Source: Platydemus manokwari (lineage: Eukaryota). Taken from it: 32,937 bases of DNA. Positions 17,536 to 26,413 of the stretch are shown here, in pieces. The position numbers were made by a program, and so were the translations under genes. Position 1 is the first letter of the stretch. Each line of letters opens with the position of its first letter. The stretch is from NCBI GenBank assembly GCA_037951405.1, contig JBBMOY011100329.1:1-32937 (forward strand), written 5' to 3'. Under the pieces are notes generated by a model. It made no database searches. It was not told the origin of the DNA and worked only from the letters and a program-made list of their open reading frames with translations.

Positions 17536-17979
17536 ATGTTAGAGGATATGGCAGTATGTTCTCAACTTGTGGGGGTGATACGACAGGTAGCTTTAGATCT
17601 TGGTAAGGGTAAGATGAATACCTATTCACAAACTGGGTATTTCATGAATGACACGATACCTCAAATAAAGATATCAATTCAACGTATGGAGTTAAATGAC
17701 ACTAAGATTGATATTCATCATTACTTGATGCTCGGTGTCATGTTTAACGAAGGTGAATACCCCATTCATCTTTGTGATATAGTTGTAACCAGAACAGGGA
17801 TATATCTATATTTCCAAAGCGTTGAAGTTACTTTAGCCGACTACCTGGCCGAACAAGTACTTCCAGCTAATCAGCAATTTATTTGGGTTAAACTCTGTGT
17901 TGCATCGAATCATGATCTCCAACTCAGACTTAATGAGCTAAGGGAGAAACGTCATGCAAATAAGAAAAATGGTAAGTGA
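17536..17979 (+). CDS. hypothetical protein
   Basis: Start moved to ATG 17536 after GGAG RBS; the ATG at 17512 lies inside the promoter motif. Confidence 0.8.
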   Translation: MLEDMAVCSQLVGVIRQVALDLGKGKMNTYSQTGYFMNDTIPQIKISIQRMELNDTKIDIHHYLMLGVMFNEGEYPIHLCDIVVTRTGIYLYFQSVEVTLADYLAEQVLPANQQFIWVKLCVASNHDLQLRLNELREKRHANKKNGK

Positions 17980-18328
17980 GATTCTTGAAGATGGCGTATA
18001 TCAACGAGAACCCAAACCTTACAAAAATGTCTACTTTATAAAGGTACTTAATCCTGGAGACCGAAAGAGTTTCTTCGCATCTTTCCGTTTTAAAACTTCC
18101 AAGAATGAGGTTCTCCTTTGTAGAGTAGAAATCAATCTTGAAGTACCAGGTAAGAATACTGTTATCGGTATTAGCCTGCTTAAAGTAAGAGAACGTGAGT
18201 CTCTCACCTTCTTTAGAAAAAGCCAAGCCATACTGGGTAAATCGATTATCGAAATTATAAACAGTATCGCTATTCCAACCATTGTTGAAAAGATTAACAA
18301 AGTAGAGGAACTTTATGAACAAGCTTAA
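17954..18328 (+). CDS. hypothetical protein
   Basis: AGGGAG RBS. Confidence 0.8.
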   Translation: MQIRKMVSEILEDGVYQREPKPYKNVYFIKVLNPGDRKSFFASFRFKTSKNEVLLCRVEINLEVPGKNTVIGISLLKVRERESLTFFRKSQAILGKSIIEIINSIAIPTIVEKINKVEELYEQA

Positions 18329-18713
18329 ATCACCTGTAAAGCAACTGGCGACCGCGGTCATCTATCAAATTACCGAAAGCCTGAAAGGTAAGCAAATCCC
18401 TAACATGTATTCGATTAACGATTCACTGGGGTTCGGTCTACGTATTACTGAAGCCGACTTGAATTATAACATCCATGTTAATGCTGCGCCTGTTCCAGAT
18501 GCTGGGGAAGGGCAATTCCTTATCACCATCCTCAGTATGTTCTATACTCCAGCGGTAGTCCGTAACGGATTCCAGTTTGATGCGGTTCCAGAAGGTCGTA
18601 TCATCGAAATGCAATATCCTCTTTATGCTGAGCATGAACAGGAACTGATTGATGGTATTCTTCAGATCATCCAAGATGACTCTGAGAACATTCTGTGTCA
18701 ATTACTTGATTAA
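18315..18713 (+). CDS. hypothetical protein
   Basis: GAGGA RBS. Confidence 0.8.
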   Translation: MNKLKSPVKQLATAVIYQITESLKGKQIPNMYSINDSLGFGLRITEADLNYNIHVNAAPVPDAGEGQFLITILSMFYTPAVVRNGFQFDAVPEGRIIEMQYPLYAEHEQELIDGILQIIQDDSENILCQLLD

Positions 18714-18831
18714 GCCCTAGAACGCTCTAGGTTAACTTTTATTAAGTAATACTGACATATCCATTATGTAGCAAAGTAAAGCTCTTAGAAATCATTCTGC
18801 GGGCATAATCCCAATAGTAAAGGAAACTGTA

Positions 18832-19779
18832 ATGAAAGATTTTAACTTGTATCACTTTGGTGGCACTGGCATTAATATCCTGAACCGTTACCTGGTAGAT
18901 GGTCGTGGTTCTAAGTTTATCGATCAGGTTGTGGCGCTGGATACTTCTGACGCTAACCCAGTAACTGACGGTCTTTATCCGCTGGAACGTATTGAAGGTG
19001 TAGAAGGGTCCGGTGGTAACCGCCGTGCTCATGCCGATAAATACGCTGACTTTGTGAAACAAGTTTTCGCTAAGTATAAGCCGAACAAGATCAACATCCT
19101 GGTTTATTCACTGTCAGGTGGTTCCGGTGCATCCATGGGTCCTTACGCTCTGCGTTATCTGTTGCAGAAAAAGATCCCTACTCTGGTTATCTGTATTGGT
19201 GACAAATCTACCTTCAACGAAGAGAAGAACACGGTCGAAGCATTGGGTTCCATGTACAACCAGATCAAACTGGGTTCACCAGTTCTGTTCAACTACCTGG
19301 AAAACTCCCCGACTGTTTCGCAGGGTCAGATCAACCAGCGCGCTATTGCTGAGATCGACAATGCAATCATGATGTTCAACATGGAAAACGAACGCATTGA
19401 CTATGCCGACATCAAAAACTTCTTCTTCTTTACCGATGTAACTCAGGCTGATCCAATCATGACCCAGGTTACGTTCATGACTGAAAACGATCTGGGTAAA
19501 TATACCCGTAAGCCTGTAGCAGCTATCAGTCTGTATAACAACATTGACGAAATCCGTGCACCATTCGAAAACATGTTGTACCGTAAATCTGGTCTGTTCG
19601 GTGAAGCATACTCAGGTATGACTGTACCGGTTCACGCAGTACTGGATCACGGTGATACTGTCGAATCTCTGAAAACGTTGATCAACGATAAAGAGACCAA
19701 GACAGAAGAACTGTCAGGTAAGTTCCGTAACAAAGAAGCTGAATTGTTCGGGGCTGCTGACGACGACGGCATGATGTAA
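18832..19779 (+). CDS. phuZ: phage tubulin PhuZ (tubulin/FtsZ GTPase)
   Basis: GGTGINI, DTS, GSGG, tubulin signature variant SLSGGSGASMG, acidic C-terminal tail DDDGMM typical of PhuZ; 315 aa; synteny with the chimallin block. Confidence 0.95.
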   Translation: MKDFNLYHFGGTGINILNRYLVDGRGSKFIDQVVALDTSDANPVTDGLYPLERIEGVEGSGGNRRAHADKYADFVKQVFAKYKPNKINILVYSLSGGSGASMGPYALRYLLQKKIPTLVICIGDKSTFNEEKNTVEALGSMYNQIKLGSPVLFNYLENSPTVSQGQINQRAIAEIDNAIMMFNMENERIDYADIKNFFFFTDVTQADPIMTQVTFMTENDLGKYTRKPVAAISLYNNIDEIRAPFENMLYRKSGLFGEAYSGMTVPVHAVLDHGDTVESLKTLINDKETKTEELSGKFRNKEAELFGAADDDGMM

Positions 19780-19788
19780 TAACCGGAG

Positions 19789-19812
19789 GCCCTAGGATAT
19801 CCTAGGGCTTTT
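19789..19812 (+). terminator. intrinsic terminator
   Basis: GCCCTAGG-ATAT-CCTAGGGC-TTTT. Confidence 0.75.
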
Positions 19813-19818
19813 AAATAT

Positions 19819-20109
19819 ATGAAGATTATTTTTAATCTGCAAGGCCAGCGTAGCGCTCTTAATACCATTTCTCAAAATGATATCGGAACCGCACACGCAA
19901 TCCTGTCCAAGATCTGTTGTGATCAAGGACTTCCAGTAGAGCCTGGTTATTTTAACCCGGACGAGTCTATCAACCATCAGGTAGTATATGGAACTATTTT
20001 GGACCATGTGAATACCAGACTGTTTGCAGTACCCACCCCAGATATTGCAGTACTCACCAATTTAGGTAATCTGCAATTTCAACTAACTTTACATAACCGA
20101 GAGATCTAA
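19819..20109 (+). CDS. hypothetical protein (PhuZ-to-polymerase gene block)
   Basis: ORF with TAATG coupling to the next gene; weak RBS. Confidence 0.7.
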   Translation: MKIIFNLQGQRSALNTISQNDIGTAHAILSKICCDQGLPVEPGYFNPDESINHQVVYGTILDHVNTRLFAVPTPDIAVLTNLGNLQFQLTLHNREI

Positions 20110-20591
20110 TGTTTAATATCGATAAGCAGTCCCTTAGCACGGCTATCGCTATATCACTAGAACCAAACCTTCTTCAAGTAGAAGATAAACGTTCCGTCCA
20201 TATTCAGTATTTCCATGTGGTGCTTGATGTTATTGTCGGGGTAATGAACTCGAAATTCCGTAACATCGATGATGCGTTCGAAGAACAACTTGATCTTTAT
20301 CCCACAGATCGCAATCTACCTCTGTTGGGCGAAGTTATTCGTGATCTGGTCATGGATATCAAATTGCAGTTTATGCAAGCTGGTTTTGATCAACGATTAA
20401 AGTACAAGTTGTATACTCGCAACATCCATCAACTTAAGCTTTACGCAATTGGCATGGATTTGGATGCAACCGTAACGGCTTACGTGGAAACATTGCCGGA
20501 TACTCTTTCGGGAGATACTGACGATGAATTATTGAATATCGTTTCTGAGGAACCAACCATTGATCAGCTCAACGCAGCATACGTCTGGTGA
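20109..20591 (+). CDS. hypothetical protein
   Basis: ORF in a tightly packed block. Confidence 0.8.
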   Translation: MFNIDKQSLSTAIAISLEPNLLQVEDKRSVHIQYFHVVLDVIVGVMNSKFRNIDDAFEEQLDLYPTDRNLPLLGEVIRDLVMDIKLQFMQAGFDQRLKYKLYTRNIHQLKLYAIGMDLDATVTAYVETLPDTLSGDTDDELLNIVSEEPTIDQLNAAYVW

Positions 20592-21129
20592 GTTACTCGC
20601 ATTAGGGCGATTCGATAAGGAGATCGAGAATTACCTGGACAGTAAGAAGTTTCTCGCCCACCGTAGTATAATTGAGGAAGATGTACCTGATTTGGTTGAA
20701 GCCTTACGTATCTGGTTAATTAAGAACGTGGGTTGCTTTAACATCATTGGGGAACATCACAGAGTTGTTCAGTTATCGTTATGGTATACCCATGACGCAC
20801 TTACTGAAGAGTTCGACGAATTGCTGTTATCTTTCCGCGATTGGTTGAATACGGTATTCGGCATTGAAACAAATAAGCCTCATAACCTACTGCGATATGT
20901 AAGGTCTGATTGCTTCTTTATGTTTGATGGTGAATTACCAGAAGAGATTGCCCTCCCATCAATAGAACCAGAAATAGAACATGAGGTGGAAGAAGTACTT
21001 GGGTATCTTGATGAGTTTGAAAATAAGCTCATGGATAAAGTAGGTCATAACCTGGAAGTTAAACAGTTTATGGAACATATCCTACCAACTACCCAACGTG
21101 CTGATCTCATCAGACAGTTCCTGGTCTAA
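20560..21129 (+). CDS. hypothetical protein (start uncertain, TTG)
   Basis: ORF; GAGGA upstream of TTG. Confidence 0.75.
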   Translation: MISSTQHTSGELLALGRFDKEIENYLDSKKFLAHRSIIEEDVPDLVEALRIWLIKNVGCFNIIGEHHRVVQLSLWYTHDALTEEFDELLLSFRDWLNTVFGIETNKPHNLLRYVRSDCFFMFDGELPEEIALPSIEPEIEHEVEEVLGYLDEFENKLMDKVGHNLEVKQFMEHILPTTQRADLIRQFLV

Positions 21130-21137
21130 GGAGACAT

Positions 21138-21452
21138 GTGAGTAGAATAACCTCCCATGGTATCTACCCGCTACTTCGAATAGTCAAACGTTATGAGTTG
21201 GATAAAGACGTCTTTCTCAAGTTGATACTGGATTTCCTCTCGCATCGTCGGGAGGAAATCTTAAATGCACAATTGTCTAAATGGTTTAGCCCATTTGATG
21301 TGTCTTTAAAAATTGAGATGCGTCCTATTATATACCAACTACTAAGTGAGCTAGACTATTCGGATAATGTGGAAAGTTACTTTATCTTAAACGGTCGCTT
21401 CTATATAAAGGACAACGACAATGAATACCACCCCGACGACGACATCTGGTAA
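21138..21452 (+). CDS. hypothetical protein (GTG start)
   Basis: TAAGGAG RBS. Confidence 0.8.
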   Translation: MSRITSHGIYPLLRIVKRYELDKDVFLKLILDFLSHRREEILNAQLSKWFSPFDVSLKIEMRPIIYQLLSELDYSDNVESYFILNGRFYIKDNDNEYHPDDDIW

Positions 21453-21753
21453 TGAGCAACCTATCGCGTTGTATAGCCATAACTTAACTCATCCAGGTAT
21501 CCCATTAACAACTCTTGTCAGCGCAATCGCTCTTTTATTATCTGCGCGTGCTGTTATCCATGACTTACCTGTCGATCCTAATTTTGTAACTGACAGTATG
21601 CTCTGTGGCGACAAACGTGTAGATGATTACTTTGCTGCTGAATATATGCAGTTTAACTTGCTGTTGGATAGCTTGGTCCGCCAGTACGAAAAGGTACAGT
21701 GCAAAGCTCGTTCCAATGGTACCTCGGTTATGATGACCTTCAGTTGCTATTAA
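21421..21753 (+). CDS. hypothetical protein
   Basis: AAGGA RBS. Confidence 0.8.
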   Translation: MNTTPTTTSGNEQPIALYSHNLTHPGIPLTTLVSAIALLLSARAVIHDLPVDPNFVTDSMLCGDKRVDDYFAAEYMQFNLLLDSLVRQYEKVQCKARSNGTSVMMTFSCY

Positions 21754-21761
21754 GGTGACGT

Positions 21762-22400
21762 ATGTATGTACATCTGAACTGTTTCGATTACGACACCTTA
21801 ATCACAGGGATGATCGAAACATTTGATCTTCAAGACACGGATGTGAACTCCGAAACTATCACAAGAATTCTTACCGAACTCTCTAATCGGTTTGGTGGAG
21901 ATATCTCTGAACACATGCAGGACTTCGAAATTAAAATGTGTGAGGACTTCTTAAAGTACTTCACTACCTTTTCTAATTTCGAGTTGGGTGATGATGCAGA
22001 TGGGTATAAGGAAATGTTGGGTGAGAACCTACAGGAAGCTTATATCAGTTTGCAGAACTATCTGGAAGAACCTGATGAGTCCAGTATCTTTGATCGTTTC
22101 GCTGAACTCCATCTGCGTAATAACGCTGACTTCAACCTATTCGAAGAATCTGACGAAGGTGAAAACGTATCCGCCTTTATGGAATACTTCGAAGAACTGG
22201 TTGGATTATATATCACAGTGACTGGTCGATCTCAGTTAACCACTGGGGATATTTTCATCCTGGGTCAGATTGAGAAATACACCAAAGAGATGGAAATTGT
22301 GACCGACATTCTTGTTCTGGAACAACCAGGTAAAATCGTTAAGTATCGGGATACTTTGATAACGTTCCCGCTTATCTTAATCGAGGTTACAGAACAATGA
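21762..22400 (+). CDS. acidic hypothetical protein
   Basis: TAAGGTG RBS; very D/E-rich. Confidence 0.85.
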   Translation: MYVHLNCFDYDTLITGMIETFDLQDTDVNSETITRILTELSNRFGGDISEHMQDFEIKMCEDFLKYFTTFSNFELGDDADGYKEMLGENLQEAYISLQNYLEEPDESSIFDRFAELHLRNNADFNLFEESDEGENVSAFMEYFEELVGLYITVTGRSQLTTGDIFILGQIEKYTKEMEIVTDILVLEQPGKIVKYRDTLITFPLILIEVTEQ

Positions 22401-22819
22401 GTGATTTGGAAACAATTAGAAAGAATGACATTATCAACTTCGATATGATCCGACCTGGTATCTTTGGGTCGCAGTATAAAGCTGCGACCGTTACCGGCAT
22501 CGTCGACTTTGATACTGCTCGTTTGATCGATCCAGATGTCTACAATAAACACCAAGCTTTCTATCCTTTCTTCAAGGACACGGTGGATAATGTAAACAAC
22601 CCTGCCATCTATAACTACTTCGTGCTCCAACTCGATCCGACCATTGCTGGTCGAACCGTTATTGGATTTCCATGGATTGATAAGGATTCATTGAAAACGA
22701 TTCAATCCCGTTACGCTAACGTTATCATTCAGAGTTTCCAAGAGTACCATCGTCGTCCTCTTGAAGATTTCCTGAACTCGTTAAACGTAACGTATGTTTT
22801 AACCATCCACGATAGTTAA
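22397..22819 (+). CDS. conserved phiKZ-like core protein preceding the DNA polymerase (gp49-like, by recall)
   Basis: Motifs H..FYP, Y.Y and IGFPWI, plus position immediately before the polymerase gene. Confidence 0.6.
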   Translation: MSDLETIRKNDIINFDMIRPGIFGSQYKAATVTGIVDFDTARLIDPDVYNKHQAFYPFFKDTVDNVNNPAIYNYFVLQLDPTIAGRTVIGFPWIDKDSLKTIQSRYANVIIQSFQEYHRRPLEDFLNSLNVTYVLTIHDS

Positions 22820-22826
22820 CTAACTC

Positions 22827-22886
22827 TTTACTGAGCTTACCATAAGGTAGGCTCGGTAAATACTTTACTCGATATTATTTTTTTTT
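22827..22886 (+). terminator. hairpin / probable terminator
   Basis: TTTACTGAGCTTACC-ATAA-GGTAGGCTCGGTAAA; T9 run about 17 nt downstream. Confidence 0.6.
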
Positions 22887-22908
22887 ATCTCACGATGAGG
22901 GAATCGAA

Positions 22909-24987
22909 ATGTCATCTGCGGGACCATTCCTCTCAGAAGAATACAGTAGCGATCGTAATATAACCAAGCATGCTATCGACCAGTATGCCATGATGATCGG
23001 TCGTTCAAAAGGATTAGACGAAGATGAGGTTAGAAAGAACCTTGTTGCGTACTTTAAGGCTAATCAGGAAAAGTTCCGTTCACGTCGTGCAAAAGTGATT
23101 GTTAAAAACAAGAACGAAGACCGTGAGCTGAAAGTATTACCTTTAAGTGGTGTATTCAAACACGTCCAATCAAATAACTATCATTTCTCTCCATCTATGG
23201 TTGCATATACCAACTCAGATAAAGAGGAGTGTGTGAACTCTATCGGTACACGTTTGTTTATCGATAACCGTAAGTACTATAAAGATCTCCGTCAAGAAGC
23301 TAAGGCCAATAACAACCCAGATCTTTATGGTAAGTACCATGAATTACAGAACGCCTTTAAAATCTTTAACAACGCACAATCAGGCGCAATGAGTTCGGAA
23401 GGGACACCTATTAACAACAAGACCGGTCATACCTCATTGACTTCGACCTGTCGTTGTTTAACGTCCACAGCAAACCTTATTAATGAACAGTTCATAGCAG
23501 GGAACCGTTTCTATAACACTCCTGAGAACACATTACAGGCAATCCTGGCCCGACTTAAGGTTACGGATTATAAAGCCCTTGATGATGTGATGAAGAAGTA
23601 CAATCTTCATTATGCAACTGTTGAAGACGTTATGGGACAGGTAGCTTATTGTTCCAAACGTTATTGGGAATCCGATCACCACACCAGAATCATTGAAGGA
23701 TTTGTTAAGAATCTTTCCGCTCTGGAACGTTCTTCTATTCTTTACACTATGGACTTGGTGCAACTCTTTGCCCATAATAAAGAAATGGTTTCTAAGTTCT
23801 TCGATCGTTGGGTTGAACTGAATCCACCAGAAGAAGGCAAAACAGAAAACGATTACCTGAAACCTGATAATGGTGACAAGTACACACTGTGTATTTCTAA
23901 GCTACCAAGTAAACCATCCAAAGTCATGGTCAATGCACTCAACACTTTACATATGGAAGTGGAAACTGAGTACAGCGATTTCATGAAGGTGTTCTTCCAT
24001 TCACCGATTCCTCCGTCAGGTTTGTTTGATGTAGTTTCGGCAGTTCGTGATTGCGTATTGACGTCCGATACTGACTCATCCATTTATACCGTGGATGAAA
24101 TGATCGAGAACTATACTCATGATCGTGACAAAGGTGTTAAACTGAATGCGGTACTGACATATTTTATTCGTATGATTTCGGTTGACCAACATCAACAGTT
24201 ATCTGCTAACCTGAACGTAACGAAGAAAAACCTTCGTATGTTGGGTATGAAAAACGAATACTACTTTGGTGCTTATGTTACGACATTGATGTCAAAACAC
24301 TATTACGCAAGCCAGCTTATGGTTGAAGGTGTAATGAACCATGAACCTGAAATGGAAATCAAAGGTGTTCACTTAAAGTCATCTAAGATTGCAGCGAACA
24401 TCAAGGAATTTGCTCAGAAGTTAATGAACGATACCTTGATTGCAATTGAGAAAAAACAAAAGCTTAACGCTGCTGAGACTTTAAAAGAGATTGGGGATCT
24501 AGAGCGCACGATCGTTGAAGATATTACAGCTGGTGATTGGAAATGGTTATCCCGCCAAGGTGTTAAAGCAGCGGCGGCTTATTCAAAACCAATGGCTTCT
24601 GTTTACTTTTATCATGAACTGTGGGAAAACGTTTTTGCTGACAAATATGGCCCAGCTCCCGAACTTCCTTATGTTGGGGTTAAAATGTCAGTTGACTTAG
24701 GTTCTAAATCTAAGGTTAAGGAATACCTGGAGAAACTTGAAGATAAAGAGTTAGTTGCTCGTCTTGAGAAATTCATGGAGAAGACAGGTCGTACCGATTT
24801 AGGTAACTTAGTTGTTCCTATGGAACGTCTGCAATTCATGGATAACATCCCAACAGAAATCAAACAAGCGATCGACTATCGTACTATCATCAAGCAGAAC
24901 CTGAAGTGTGTTTATGAGGTTCTGAACTCCACAGGCTTGTACTTTATGAACGATTCCATTACTCGTTTAGTATCCGACGAACACTAA
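22909..24987 (+). CDS. family B DNA polymerase, polymerase subunit of the split phiKZ-type enzyme (gp50-like)
   Basis: Motif B QNAFKIFNNAQSG, motif C SDTDS, KHYY and EIKGV; no recognisable exonuclease domain. Confidence 0.9.
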   Translation: MSSAGPFLSEEYSSDRNITKHAIDQYAMMIGRSKGLDEDEVRKNLVAYFKANQEKFRSRRAKVIVKNKNEDRELKVLPLSGVFKHVQSNNYHFSPSMVAYTNSDKEECVNSIGTRLFIDNRKYYKDLRQEAKANNNPDLYGKYHELQNAFKIFNNAQSGAMSSEGTPINNKTGHTSLTSTCRCLTSTANLINEQFIAGNRFYNTPENTLQAILARLKVTDYKALDDVMKKYNLHYATVEDVMGQVAYCSKRYWESDHHTRIIEGFVKNLSALERSSILYTMDLVQLFAHNKEMVSKFFDRWVELNPPEEGKTENDYLKPDNGDKYTLCISKLPSKPSKVMVNALNTLHMEVETEYSDFMKVFFHSPIPPSGLFDVVSAVRDCVLTSDTDSSIYTVDEMIENYTHDRDKGVKLNAVLTYFIRMISVDQHQQLSANLNVTKKNLRMLGMKNEYYFGAYVTTLMSKHYYASQLMVEGVMNHEPEMEIKGVHLKSSKIAANIKEFAQKLMNDTLIAIEKKQKLNAAETLKEIGDLERTIVEDITAGDWKWLSRQGVKAAAAYSKPMASVYFYHELWENVFADKYGPAPELPYVGVKMSVDLGSKSKVKEYLEKLEDKELVARLEKFMEKTGRTDLGNLVVPMERLQFMDNIPTEIKQAIDYRTIIKQNLKCVYEVLNSTGLYFMNDSITRLVSDEH

Positions 24988-24996
24988 TAATCATAT

Positions 24997-25057
24997 GTAA
25001 ACATATTGAACCCTACCACGCGTAAGCGGGTAGGGTTCGTGATCAATATATGTTTAC
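24997..25057. terminator. bidirectional terminator between convergent genes
   Basis: GAACCCTACC-a-CGC-GTAA-GCG-GGTAGGGTTC, flanked by outer complementary arms GTAAACATAT / ATATGTTTAC. Confidence 0.7.
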
Positions 25058-26145
25058 GACAGTCTGCTAACTTGTTCATGAAGCATGGAAAAGTGTTGAC
25101 GCCATGGTAACGATTTGATTTGGTTTTCCTGTGTTCCAACTGAGTATTGGAAATACAGTTTCAGATCTGCTTTCATTTTACCATCAACCGTACCTAACAG
25201 GTTGTTGTATTCCAGGTAGTGTTTAACCATTCCTAATGAAGCTATGCTCCATACCCAAGACATCTGGACAAAGAACAATGATTTACCGGCAGCAGGATAC
25301 ACCATCTTATCTACATCAACCGCAATGTTAACAACCTCATTTACCGCCATGAAGTTAGTAAAGGACTTCATAGTCTGTGACATCAGATAACGGTTTTTCC
25401 AGTCAGTATAATCTTTCAGCTGAATGTAATAAGGCTCTAAGTTAAACTGTCCCTTAACCACATTGATCTTCTCTTCATTACTGTTAAGGTAATTGAAGTT
25501 AACCAGTTCATTATGATAAAGGTATAAGTTCATCAATGGGAAAGCTGCCAGATATCCATGAGGACTGTTACTAAGATCAATGCCACGCTTAAGCCAGCGA
25601 TAGAAACCGATAATAAGGGCATAGGGATCAACCTGAACGATAGTGTAAAGATCTTTATCACTCTTATACTCTTTAGTATCGATCAGCTCCATGATATTCC
25701 AACGTTGTTTATAGTCAGTTGTATAAATTGGATATAAAGGAACAAGTTCATTTATTTCTTTAGTGAAGTATCCATCTATTTGCTGACGAGAAGGTTTATC
25801 AAATGGAACGACCAACAAAGTGTGGTGGTTAGTTTCAGGATACAGCGAACAGATATGGTCATCCCCTCTTTTATATAGGGAAGTCATATCCATTGTACTG
25901 GCGTGCTGATTGAGGTGAAGATCGATTACATTAATTAAGTAGTCAGGTGTCCATTCTACGTTCACGGAAAACAAAAGCAAAAACTGAACAAGTGGATTCT
26001 GGTTGGGTAACGTCCTTGGGTTGGTTCGAACGTACTTATCAAAAGTATCATCGTTCCTCGCCATGATGCGTCTTAAGTTTCCCAGTGTTCCCCATTCTTT
26101 AACTGGATTACTTAACCCATTGGGAGAAAGCTTAAAGTAAGACAT
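25054..26145 (-). CDS. conserved reverse-strand core protein between DNA polymerase and chimallin (function unknown)
   Basis: 363-aa ORF with no + strand competitor; position matches the phiKZ-like core block. Confidence 0.8.
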   Translation of the reverse strand: MSYFKLSPNGLSNPVKEWGTLGNLRRIMARNDDTFDKYVRTNPRTLPNQNPLVQFLLLFSVNVEWTPDYLINVIDLHLNQHASTMDMTSLYKRGDDHICSLYPETNHHTLLVVPFDKPSRQQIDGYFTKEINELVPLYPIYTTDYKQRWNIMELIDTKEYKSDKDLYTIVQVDPYALIIGFYRWLKRGIDLSNSPHGYLAAFPLMNLYLYHNELVNFNYLNSNEEKINVVKGQFNLEPYYIQLKDYTDWKNRYLMSQTMKSFTNFMAVNEVVNIAVDVDKMVYPAAGKSLFFVQMSWVWSIASLGMVKHYLEYNNLLGTVDGKMKADLKLYFQYSVGTQENQIKSLPWRQHFSMLHEQVSRLS

Positions 26146-26163
26146 TAGTGAGGTCCCTAAGAA

Positions 26164-26232
26164 AGTTTCATTAAAAAATTAATGAAACTCACTATTATAT
26201 GTAAAATAAACTTTCAAGGGATTCCTTGAAAG
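26164..26232. promoter_or_regulatory. two perfect inverted repeats in the divergent control region
   Basis: AGTTTCATTAA-AAAA-TTAATGAAACT (26164-26189) and CTTTCAAGG-GATT-CCTTGAAAG (26211-26232), with TATG at 26198. Confidence 0.5.
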
Positions 26233-26304
26233 CTACGACGCGAGTCGAATGTCTGTTTGTTTATACATACGATTTAAACGTTGTAATTTTATCGTGCCTA
26301 TAAT

Positions 26305-26331
26305 TTTTGAAGTCTATATTATTTAGGTGTA
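26305..26331 (+). promoter_or_regulatory. Candidate phage early promoter of chmA
   Basis: TTTTGAAGTCTATATTATTTAGGTGTA. Confidence 0.7.
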
Positions 26332-26413
26332 TAAGGAAACAGATATTTAAATCTTCTTCCCACCAATATACATTAACGTTAATGCATAACCTATTTACCA
26401 TAAGGAAAGTAAC

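Noticed and set aside
697-24863. Many 60-143 aa minus-strand and alternate-frame ORFs (e.g. 7499-7846, 12253-12609, 17930-18361, 22265-22630)
   Set aside because: They overlap well-supported + strand genes that have RBSs and tight packing; no independent signals
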